Assembly (NCBI GenBank): GCA_016183835.1
Contig: JACPDV010000037.1
Location: forward strand, 1-36,324
Length of the DNA stretch: 36,324 nucleotides
Direction: 5' to 3'
From: Armatimonadota bacterium
GTDB lineage: Bacteria; Armatimonadota; UBA10988
In this document: piece by piece, positions 9,398 to 16,751 of the stretch
Numbering within the stretch: position 1 is the stretch's first letter
How the letters are laid out: every line of letters begins with the position of its first letter
Position numbers and translations under genes: made by a program
Notes under the pieces: generated by a model
What the model was told of the DNA's origin: nothing
Databases searched by the model: none
What the model saw: only the letters and a program-made list of their open reading frames with translations

Positions 9398-9476
9398 GGA
9401 CGGGCGGGGGAACCCCGCCCCTACCTGCGGCGCGGGACGTAACGGACCGGTAGGGGCGGGGTCTCCCCGCCCGTCC
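9398..9476. repeat. inverted pair of 28-nt GC hairpin units (GGACGGGCGGGG-N3-CCCCGCCCCTACC) separated by 23 nt
   Basis: Unit 1 is 9398-9425 (ggacgggcgggggaaccccgcccctacc). Unit 2 is 9449-9476 (ggtaggggcggggtctccccgcccgtcc). The reverse complement of unit 2 equals unit 1 except in the 3-nt loop. Each unit folds as an 8-bp G/C stem. Confidence 0.8.
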
Positions 9477-9493
9477 GGCGTCTCCGGCAACAG

Positions 9494-11761
9494 TCATTTG
9501 ATCCTCCAATGCAGCGGCTTCCCGACCTCCTGCATCTGCTTGATGCCGAGGTAGCCGAGGATGCTCACCGCCAGCATCCCGTTGCTCTCCGTCCGCCCGC
9601 AGCCGCCCGCGGGCGCGCGGTCGAGGAAATCGTGCCAGCCGCGCTCCACGCTCCAGCGCCGGTCCAGCACCGTCAACCAGCCGGTCATCTTCTCATCCGG
9701 CCCCACCGTGTCCAGCCACTCGGTGAACAGCCAGTAGACGTACGGCCCGACCCAGAACTCCAGCGGGTACGTGAACTTCCTGCCTTTGATGTAGCAGTCG
9801 TCGGTAACGTAGCGGTAGGCCCGCTTCGCCGCCGTGGCGGCCGCCTGCGCCGGGCCCTCGCGGCCGGCCAGGCGGTCGGCCAGGCAGACCCCGTAGAGCC
9901 CTTCGCCGATGTAGATGTTGCCCAGGAAGGTGTGGCAGCCGCCCTCCACCACGTCCTCACACTGCCAGTCGAACCAGCCGTTGGGCTTCATCTTGCGGTC
10001 GCACCAGGTCACCGTGTTGTCGAAGATGGGCCACCAGGCGTCGGGCACTTTGTCGCCCAGCACCTGCATCGCATAGGCGTAGTAGGAGGCCCCCGCCAGC
10101 GCGCGGCCGAGGTAGACGTCGCACTGCCGGCCCTCCTGGTGGTAGGTCTGCTGCGCCACGCTGCCGTCGCCCTTCTCCGAGAGGTGGAGGTGCCGCAGCA
10201 CGCTGGGCAGGCCGTCGGCGTCCTGCGCGCCGTGGGCCATCAGGTAGTCGGCCGTGCGGCGCACCGCGGCGCTCAGTCGGACCGCGTCGACGCGGCGCTC
10301 GGGCACCTGCGCGCAGTAGAGGATGGCGTAGGTGATGGCGCGCATCCACTCGCCCATCTGGTTGGTGTCGTAGCCGCCGAAGGCCTGCGAGCCACCGCCC
10401 TTGCCGATGCCCTCGTCGAAGAGCTGGTTGACCCAGGTGATGGCCCCGCCGGAGGGCGCCTGCATGTGCTGGATCATGCTGTCGCAGCTCTCGAGGAGGA
10501 GCCGCTCGGTGTAGGCGGTGCGCACCGGGTCCCCGCTCTTTCTGAACGCCTCGGCGGCGAGCGCCAGCCCGGTGTCGCCGGCCTCGTTGCCCTCGGTGTG
10601 CTTGCCGGTGGCCAGGCCGTGGAGGTCGATGAACTGCGCGTAGGTGCCCTTGTCGAGCGGGTCGTAGACGTGCGGCAGGGCGATCCGGGTGTCGCACATG
10701 ATGTCGCCGTGGAGCTGGTCGCGGACCCACTCGCACATGCCGGTGCGGATCGAGAGCACGGTGTAGGTCATCGACTCGCCGGGCCGCTTGACGTACAGGT
10801 CGTCGCAGCCGACCCGCCCGCCGAGGAGCGACTTGCCCTCACGCTGCACGTCGGCGGTGACGAGATAGTAGCCTGGGCCCAGCGCGCTGACATCCACGAA
10901 GTCGGTGAAGCGGTGCGTGCCGCCCGGCGGCAGGTCGCCGCCCAGGTTGGCGGTCCGCACCGTCTCCCTGCCGCTGAAGACATCGTGGAAGCGGTAGCGG
11001 ACCTGGTCCTCTACGCTCAGGTTCATCTTTGCGCCAGTCTCGCAGACGAGCAGGATCGGCAGCTCCCTGGCGCCCTGCTCCACGATCACCGCCTGGTCGC
11101 CGGTGTCGCCGCGCTCGCCAACCCACAGACCGCAGGCGGCCGCGTCGGCCGGCAGCTTCGAGAGCACGCGATGCAGCTTCACGAGCTGGAACCCGCCGAT
11201 CTGGAAGACCAGCTCGTCGCCGTGGTGGTACTCGCTCTCGCTGAGGAAGAAGTGGAGCCGGTCCACCTGGTCCAGGGCCGGCACACCCCGCAGACTCTGC
11301 GTGACCTGTTTCCACTCGCCCGGCTTGAGCGCGGCGATCTGCTCGTTGATCCGCCCCTCACCGCCGCTCCAGAGGATGAAGCGGATCGGGAGACCACGCT
11401 CCACCTTGGTGTCGCAGCGGATCCAGTAGGTCACCGCGTCGAAGCCCGAGAAGTCGAGCTTCGGGTTCGGCTGGACCTCGAAGGCGGGCCAGCCCTGGGG
11501 GTAGGCGCCCTCGTTGTGGTGGTCGATCTTGACGGTGAACTCGAACCGCTTGCCGCCCCACGGCCCGGGCTCGTCGAGGATGCGGAGGGTGCCCTCCTGG
11601 CCGCCGGTGCTCTTCCACGGGAGCTGAGAGAGGCTTTCGAGATCGCGGCTCTGCTCGGCGGTAGGCTCCTCGATCCAGCGCTGCCAGGGGAGCAGCTTGT
11701 CGGCGGCCCGGGCGCAGAGGCAGGCCAAGCCCAGGGCTGCGACGCACAATCTGCGACTCAT
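9494..11761 (-). CDS. secreted hypothetical protein; N-terminal beta-sandwich/CBM-like region plus a C-terminal region that may be an alpha/alpha-toroid glycan-active domain
   Basis: Clear signal peptide (MSRRLCVAALGLACLCARAAD). The 755-aa ORF is Trp/Tyr/Cys-containing with normal composition. It is co-oriented with the GH and WD40 genes. Functional assignment is weak. Confidence 0.75.
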   Translation of the reverse strand: MSRRLCVAALGLACLCARAADKLLPWQRWIEEPTAEQSRDLESLSQLPWKSTGGQEGTLRILDEPGPWGGKRFEFTVKIDHHNEGAYPQGWPAFEVQPNPKLDFSGFDAVTYWIRCDTKVERGLPIRFILWSGGEGRINEQIAALKPGEWKQVTQSLRGVPALDQVDRLHFFLSESEYHHGDELVFQIGGFQLVKLHRVLSKLPADAAACGLWVGERGDTGDQAVIVEQGARELPILLVCETGAKMNLSVEDQVRYRFHDVFSGRETVRTANLGGDLPPGGTHRFTDFVDVSALGPGYYLVTADVQREGKSLLGGRVGCDDLYVKRPGESMTYTVLSIRTGMCEWVRDQLHGDIMCDTRIALPHVYDPLDKGTYAQFIDLHGLATGKHTEGNEAGDTGLALAAEAFRKSGDPVRTAYTERLLLESCDSMIQHMQAPSGGAITWVNQLFDEGIGKGGGSQAFGGYDTNQMGEWMRAITYAILYCAQVPERRVDAVRLSAAVRRTADYLMAHGAQDADGLPSVLRHLHLSEKGDGSVAQQTYHQEGRQCDVYLGRALAGASYYAYAMQVLGDKVPDAWWPIFDNTVTWCDRKMKPNGWFDWQCEDVVEGGCHTFLGNIYIGEGLYGVCLADRLAGREGPAQAAATAAKRAYRYVTDDCYIKGRKFTYPLEFWVGPYVYWLFTEWLDTVGPDEKMTGWLTVLDRRWSVERGWHDFLDRAPAGGCGRTESNGMLAVSILGYLGIKQMQEVGKPLHWRIK

Positions 11762-11789
11762 CGGGGTCTCCTCACGCGGCGATCCGGCT

Positions 11790-11880
11790 CCCTCTCCCCA
11801 CGGGAGAGGGCGGGGGTGAGGGCCGTCCCCGCTGGCGCCGCCGATGCCCTCACCCTAGCCCTCTCCCGGGGGGAGAGGGG
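11790..11880. repeat. structured three-hairpin GC-rich intergenic element
   Basis: Hairpin 1: ccctctccc (11790-11798) pairs with gggagaggg (11802-11810). Central stem: gggtgagggc (11814-11823) pairs with gccctcaccc (11846-11855) around a 22-nt loop. Hairpin 3: ccctctccc (11859-11867) pairs with gggagaggg (11871-11879). The element lies in the divergent region between genes starting at 11761 (-) and 11943 (+). Confidence 0.8.
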
Positions 11881-11942
11881 ATCGGAGCTCGTGGCAGGAT
11901 GATCCCTCGGCCCGCCGTCGAATCCTCCCCCGGGGACACCAC

Positions 11943-13064
11943 ATGCACGTGCGTCCGGACTACGACACCGCCCGCGCCGAGGCGGGTTTCGGCTGGTGGG
12001 TGGGCAGCTCGCAGGACCTCCTCCGCGAGCTGACCGGCATCCCCATCGGCGAGTTCAACCTGCGGCCCGAGGCCTGCATCACCGCCTATCGAGAGGGCCG
12101 GCCGCAGATTCGCGAGCGGTTCGGCGAGTTCGTCGGGCTCCCCGGCCTCAGCACGCCGGCGGTCAGCTATGGTCATGCCGACGCCCTCGGCGCCGAGCTG
12201 CTCTTCCCCGCCCACGGCGAGGTCTGCCTGACCCACCCGTGGCGCTCACTGGAGGACGGCCTGGCGCGACTCGCCGAGCCGCTGGAGCCGGCCACCGCCG
12301 GCTGGGCGCCGTTCTTCCTCCACTTCCGCGAAGAGCTGCAGCGCGCCTTCCCCGGCGAGACCGCGGCCTACGGCTGCGGCGGCGAGGGGCCGCTCACCAC
12401 CGCCTACGAGATGCGCGGCGAGGGCTTCTGGCTCGACCTCCACGACCGGCCCGAGCTGACCGTCGAGTTCCTCGCCCGGCTCACCGACAGCATCGTCGAG
12501 TACGACCTGTGGCAGGCGCGGGTCAACGGCCGCGAGCTCCCCGGCCCCGCCGCCGGGATGTGCGACGATCTGGCCAGCGTCATCCCCCCGCGCCTCTTCC
12601 CCACGCTGGTGCTCCCCGCCTGGGACCGGTTCTACAACGGCCTCACCGACGGCCGCCGCTCGGCCCACGTCGAGGACCTGAAGCCCGAGCAGCTTCCGTT
12701 CCTGGAGGACATCGGGCTGTGGAGCTTCGACCCGTCCATCTCCAACCGCCTCAATCCCGCGCTCCTCCGCGACCGCTGCCGGGTGCCTTTCACCTGGCGC
12801 CTCGGTTCGTTCCACTGCCACCGGATGACCCCCGCCGAGGTGCGCGACTACGTCTACCAGGCGGCGGCCGACGGGGCGAGCAGCGTCCACCTTGTGCTCG
12901 AAGCCGTGCACGCGCGCTACGGGCTGGAGCCGCAGGTGCGCGCCTTCGCCGAGGCGGGGGCGGAGGCGAAACGGCAGCTCGGCGAGGGGCTCCCGCGTGA
13001 GGCGCTCGCCGAGCAGGTCAGTCCGGCCGGCCGCGAGCGCTTCTGGTCCCGCTGGCCGGAGTGA
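11943..13064 (+). CDS. uroporphyrinogen decarboxylase (URO-D)-like family protein
   Basis: 373-aa ORF. The segment GEGPLTTAYEMRGEGFWLDLHDRPE...MCDDLASVIPPRLFPTLVLPAW resembles the URO-D/MtaA-type TIM-barrel pattern (GP.T.A..L.G.E.......PE ... DD.A..I.P..F). No obvious SD, so the start is uncertain. Confidence 0.65.
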   Translation: MHVRPDYDTARAEAGFGWWVGSSQDLLRELTGIPIGEFNLRPEACITAYREGRPQIRERFGEFVGLPGLSTPAVSYGHADALGAELLFPAHGEVCLTHPWRSLEDGLARLAEPLEPATAGWAPFFLHFREELQRAFPGETAAYGCGGEGPLTTAYEMRGEGFWLDLHDRPELTVEFLARLTDSIVEYDLWQARVNGRELPGPAAGMCDDLASVIPPRLFPTLVLPAWDRFYNGLTDGRRSAHVEDLKPEQLPFLEDIGLWSFDPSISNRLNPALLRDRCRVPFTWRLGSFHCHRMTPAEVRDYVYQAAADGASSVHLVLEAVHARYGLEPQVRAFAEAGAEAKRQLGEGLPREALAEQVSPAGRERFWSRWPE

Positions 13065-13096
13065 TCTACTCTGGCGACGGAGTCCGGTCGGTCGCG

Positions 13097-13876
13097 TCAC
13101 GCAGGCAGCCAGGGCACGGTGTCGCGGCTGCCGCCGAGCCATTCCGCCAGGTTCCCGCCCCACACCGCCGCCTTGGCCTGCGCGGGCAGGTCGGCGATCT
13201 CGACCTTGACCATCGCCGCTCGGACGCAGAGCAGCGGCACCTGCGTGTCGAACACCACCTGCGCCGCCGGCACGTCCGCCAGCAGACTCTGCAGCGTGTT
13301 CAGCGACTCCACGTTGGCGATCCCGACCAGCAGGTTCGGCGCCGCCGCCAGGTCCACTGCTTCGTGGCGGTACGCGCCGAGCACCACGAACCGCTCGCCC
13401 GCCCGCCGCCGCGCCAACTCGAGCACGGCCTCCACCGGCACAGCGGGCACGGGCATCAGCGGGTGTTGCCGCCGCTCGTCCTCGAGGCGCAACTGCACGG
13501 CCACGCGCAGGCCGCGTCGCGCGGCGGCGTCGAGCAGCTTCTCGCAGCCGGGGTCGGCGAGGCCATAGCGGTGGTAGTTGGGCGTCAGCCGGAGCTGCCG
13601 GACGCCTCGCTCGCGGCACTCGGCGAACGCTCGCGGCCAGGTGGCCAGCGCGGGGTTGAGGACCGCCACGGGCTCGAGCGTGGGGTGCTCGCGAAGCTCG
13701 CGGAAGAGCCGTTCGTTGGCCGGCTGCGGGTCGTCGTGGAAGGGCGCGTCGAGCGCGGCCACGCAGCTCAGGTGGATGCCGCGTGCGGCCTGGTGCGCCA
13801 TCAGCTCCTGCGCGCTGTCGGGCTCCACCTCGCCGAACGGCCAGCGGCCGAGCCAGGCTCCGGCGTCGAGGATCAT
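13097..13876 (-). CDS. amidohydrolase-fold protein lacking the N-terminal HxH metal motif (degenerate paralog)
   Basis: The start at MILDAGAWLGRW (ATG 13876) overlaps the upstream stop as ATGA. It resembles the upstream amidohydrolase in architecture, but DIHVH is replaced by DAGAW. The listed ORF extension to 14437 is Arg/Pro/Gly-rich shadow. Confidence 0.7.
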   Translation of the reverse strand: MILDAGAWLGRWPFGEVEPDSAQELMAHQAARGIHLSCVAALDAPFHDDPQPANERLFRELREHPTLEPVAVLNPALATWPRAFAECRERGVRQLRLTPNYHRYGLADPGCEKLLDAAARRGLRVAVQLRLEDERRQHPLMPVPAVPVEAVLELARRRAGERFVVLGAYRHEAVDLAAAPNLLVGIANVESLNTLQSLLADVPAAQVVFDTQVPLLCVRAAMVKVEIADLPAQAKAAVWGGNLAEWLGGSRDTVPWLPA

Positions 13877-14649
13877 GCCGGCTCCTCCGCGGGCAGGCCC
13901 ATCAGCCGGCAGGCGTTGACGCCCAGCACGCGGCGCTTCTGGCGCTCGGTCAGTCGGCTGCCCTCCACCCGGGCCACCGCCACGCTGAAGTCGCGGCCCG
14001 GCGCGTCGCTGCCGAACAGCACCCGCTCCTCGCCCAGCTCGCGCACCGCGTACTCGACCAGCCCGGCGACGGGCGGCCCGCCCGAGGTGTCCGCGTAGAC
14101 GTTCGGGTAGTCCGCCACGTCCGCCACGCCACGGCGCCCGCCGCCGGTGAGGTGGGCCATCACGATGGAGACCTGCGGCCAGCGCCGCGCCAGCTCCGCC
14201 ACGTCGGCCGGGCTGGATTCGTCGGGGTAGCCCTGCACGGTCTTGTACCAGGCGTGCTGGAGCACGGGCAGGCAGGTGTCGGCGGCGAGCGCCATCGTGT
14301 CGTCGAGGCGCGGGTCGGAGGCCTTGAGGGCGATCCAGAGCTTCACGCCGCACATGCCGAGCGCCAGGCAGCGGGCCAGCTCGTCGCGGCAGAAGCCCGG
14401 ATCGTGGCGCGGACTGAGGTAGCAGTAGCCGAGGCACTCCAGCGGCCGGTGGCGGATCCAGCTCAGGGTGACGTCGTTGGCCTGCCGGACCTGCTCGGGC
14501 GTGGGGTAGAAGCCCATCTCGCCGACGGTGCCGAGGAGCACGAGCCGGTCCACGCGGGCGCGCCGGGCCGCGGCAACGAGGGCGTCGCAGGCGTCCTCGG
14601 TGGGTTGGCCGAGGGTGGGGTGGACGTGGATGTCGACGACCGGCGACAA
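13873..14649 (-). CDS. amidohydrolase family (TIM-barrel metal-dependent hydrolase) protein
   Basis: MSPVVDIHVHP carries the HxH motif. MAHLTGGG is present, and LFGSDAPGRD carries the C-terminal Asp. 258 aa. Confidence 0.8.
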   Translation of the reverse strand: MSPVVDIHVHPTLGQPTEDACDALVAAARRARVDRLVLLGTVGEMGFYPTPEQVRQANDVTLSWIRHRPLECLGYCYLSPRHDPGFCRDELARCLALGMCGVKLWIALKASDPRLDDTMALAADTCLPVLQHAWYKTVQGYPDESSPADVAELARRWPQVSIVMAHLTGGGRRGVADVADYPNVYADTSGGPPVAGLVEYAVRELGEERVLFGSDAPGRDFSVAVARVEGSRLTERQKRRVLGVNACRLMGLPAEEPA

Positions 14650-14656
14650 GGCGGAT

Positions 14657-15646
14657 CTACCGGCTGTCCTCGAGCCACCCGGGAAGCCCCAGGCCGCACG
14701 GGCTGGTCCACACGCCGCTGACTTTCATGCCGGCGAAGCGGGGGTCCTTGATCTCGATCCTGGCGCCGCGCACCAGGTCGGCGAGGAACTGGTCCTGCGG
14801 GTTCATCTGCGTGGCCAGCCAGTCGGCGGCGATGCGCGCATGCTGGCGCTGGAAGTCGGCGTGCACGACGGGGTCGTGCTCGAGCAGTAGGAGCACCAGG
14901 AAGCGCTGGCCGTAGTAAACCGGCCGCTTCGCGCACTGGCCGGGCTCCAGGTCCTTCAGGGCGTCGAACAGCGCGGCGGAGAAGCCGGCGAGCCGGTCCG
15001 CGGGAACCGGCCCGATGCGCCCGCCGGTGCGCTGCGCGCCGGGATCCTCGGAGACCTCGCGGGCGACCTTGACGAAGTCTTCACCGTGCTCGATGCGGGC
15101 GAGCACCGCCTGGGCGGCGGCCAGGTTGTCGGGGTCGGCGCCGCCCTCGTCCTCCTTCGGCGTCTTGCCTTTCCACGGGACGATGATCTGCCGGTAGACA
15201 TAGCTCTCCGGCCGCTCGTAGAGGTCCTGGTTCTTGTCGAAGAAGCGCTTGAGCGTGTCGTCGTCGGTGGGGATGCCGCGGGAGCGGAGCTTGCGCTGGG
15301 CGACCTGGACGCGGATCTCGTCGCGGAGGGTGATCTCGTCGCGGCCGTACTCCTTCAGCCAGCGCTGGTAGCGCTCGGGCTGGTTGCTGAAGTTCTCGTG
15401 AAGGAACAGGTCGAGCTCGGCGTCGACCTCGCCGGGGTTGGGCGTCTGGCCGGCTTTCTGAGCCGCGGCGAGGATCAGGTCCGAGAGGATCGCGGTCTCC
15501 ACGAAGCGGTAGCCGAAGCGCTGCTCGAGCTGCCGTTGGAAGCGCTCCTGCGGGATGGGCTGGCCGTCCACGGTGGCCAGGTCATCCTGGGCCCGGACGG
15601 GGAGGACGACCCAGAGCGCGGCGAGGGCACAGGCGGTACGGCGCAT
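14657..15646 (-). CDS. SurA/PrsA-like parvulin-domain chaperone (peptidyl-prolyl isomerase family), secreted
   Basis: Signal peptide MRRTACALAALWVVLPVRAQ. SurA-N-like helices are followed by a parvulin-like block (YRQIIV...DF.KVAREVSEDPGAQRTGGRIGPV). ATG 15646 shares its A with the TGA of the upstream gene (TGATG). Confidence 0.8.
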   Translation of the reverse strand: MRRTACALAALWVVLPVRAQDDLATVDGQPIPQERFQRQLEQRFGYRFVETAILSDLILAAAQKAGQTPNPGEVDAELDLFLHENFSNQPERYQRWLKEYGRDEITLRDEIRVQVAQRKLRSRGIPTDDDTLKRFFDKNQDLYERPESYVYRQIIVPWKGKTPKEDEGGADPDNLAAAQAVLARIEHGEDFVKVAREVSEDPGAQRTGGRIGPVPADRLAGFSAALFDALKDLEPGQCAKRPVYYGQRFLVLLLLEHDPVVHADFQRQHARIAADWLATQMNPQDQFLADLVRGARIEIKDPRFAGMKVSGVWTSPCGLGLPGWLEDSR

Positions 15647-16641
15647 CACGGTCTCCCGCCGGCGCCCTCAGCGGCCGGCGCGGGCGGCGGAGCTTCGAAG
15701 GCCGCCGCCGCCGCCCGGTAGCGCGACGGCAGCCCGTCGATGCGGAACTTGCGGAGCAGCTCGGGGTAGAACTTGTCTTCGGGCACCGCCTTGGAGACGA
15801 GGTAGTCGCGGCGGATGTGGGAGACCACCTGCTCGTAGGGTGTGGACTTGCCCGCCGTGCGCTCGACGAGCATCAGGATCACCCACTTGTCGCCCTGGGC
15901 CACGGGCTCCGGAGTCGTCTGGTAGACCTGCAGCTTGCTCAGGGCGTCGAACAGCGCCGGCGTCTGCTCCTTGAGGCTGATCTCGGGCACCGGGCCCACC
16001 AGCCCGCCGGTGTCCTTGGCCGCCGGATCGACCGAGAATCGCGCGGCGGCGCCGAAGAAGTCGACCTCGCCGGCGCGGATCTTCTTCAGCACGTCCTCGG
16101 CTTGCTCCTTGGTCACCGTCACCACCTGGCGGAACTTGACCAGAGGCGGCCGGTCGTAGAGCTTCTCGTGGTTGGCGTCGTACCACTTGTGCAGCTCCTC
16201 GTCGGTGACGGTGACGCCCTGGGTGCGGAGGCTCAGATCGCGGATGTCGCTGGCGAGCCGTCGCTTGACGCTCTCTTCGGTGGCGCCCTCGCTGGCCAGC
16301 CAGCCGGTGAACTGCACCATGTCGCCATCGAACCTCTCGGCCACGAGCTCCTTGAGCCGTGCCTCGATCGCCTCGGGCGTGGGATCCAGGCTGAGCCGCA
16401 CCGCCTCCTGTCGGATGGCCTCCTCGATCAGCAGGCGCTCGGCCGCTTCGCGGCCGGCGAGGTCCTGCAGCATGTCGAAGAAGCTGCCGTAGCTGAGGCT
16501 GACCCCGTTGACGCTGGCGAAGGGCGCGTCGGCGGCGGGCAGGCTGGGGTCGCCCACGATGCTGCCGGCCAGCAGCCCGGCGGGAACGGCCCACCACAGC
16601 AGGCGGCGGAGGGAGAGAGGAGAGCGGTTCGTCGAAGACAT
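15646..16641 (-). CDS. SurA/PrsA-like parvulin-domain protein (second paralog), membrane-anchored or secreted
   Basis: The start was chosen at MSSTNRSPLSLRRLLWWAVPAGLLAG (ATG 16641), with GGAG 11 nt upstream. Parvulin-like block: FRQVVTV...DFFGAAARFSVDPAAKDTGGLVGPV...WVILMLVER. Confidence 0.8.
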   Translation of the reverse strand: MSSTNRSPLSLRRLLWWAVPAGLLAGSIVGDPSLPAADAPFASVNGVSLSYGSFFDMLQDLAGREAAERLLIEEAIRQEAVRLSLDPTPEAIEARLKELVAERFDGDMVQFTGWLASEGATEESVKRRLASDIRDLSLRTQGVTVTDEELHKWYDANHEKLYDRPPLVKFRQVVTVTKEQAEDVLKKIRAGEVDFFGAAARFSVDPAAKDTGGLVGPVPEISLKEQTPALFDALSKLQVYQTTPEPVAQGDKWVILMLVERTAGKSTPYEQVVSHIRRDYLVSKAVPEDKFYPELLRKFRIDGLPSRYRAAAAAFEAPPPAPAAEGAGGRP

Positions 16642-16685
16642 GCCGAGTGTAGCTCCACAGCCGCGAGGCGGCGGTTCCGAACGCA

Positions 16686-16691
16686 AGTATA
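16686..16691 (-). promoter_or_regulatory. candidate -10 box TATACT for the parvulin/amidohydrolase operon
   Basis: The minus strand reads ggtggTATACTtgcg, about 45 nt upstream of ATG 16641, in the 110-bp divergent region shared with mutS2. Confidence 0.3.
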
Positions 16692-16738
16692 CCACCGCCT
16701 GCGCGGACTGCCGGACCCCCAGTCGCCGGGCCAAGTCG

Positions 16739-16744
16739 TATAAT
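16739..16744 (+). promoter_or_regulatory. candidate -10 box TATAAT placed 7 nt upstream of the mutS2 ATG (possible leaderless transcript)
   Basis: The sequence is gtcgTATAATcgggtccATGgac. There is no SD-like sequence between the box and the ATG at 16752. Confidence 0.3.
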
Positions 16745-16751
16745 CGGGTCC

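Noticed and set aside
6601-9453. 950-aa plus-strand ORF. Other very long ORFs of the same kind are antisense or out of frame to called genes: 9509..11902 +, 29681..32233 -, 1789..3456 -, 19577..21664 -, 21312..22937 -, 16428..17948 -, 16508..18943 +, 27016..28911 N-terminal part, and 21..1664 +.
   Set aside because: All are extremely Arg/Ala/Gly/Pro/Val-rich with low-complexity runs and no recognisable motifs. The opposite or alternative frame in each case encodes a protein with normal composition, signal peptides and family motifs. Such shadow ORFs are expected at about 70% GC because stop codons are rare.
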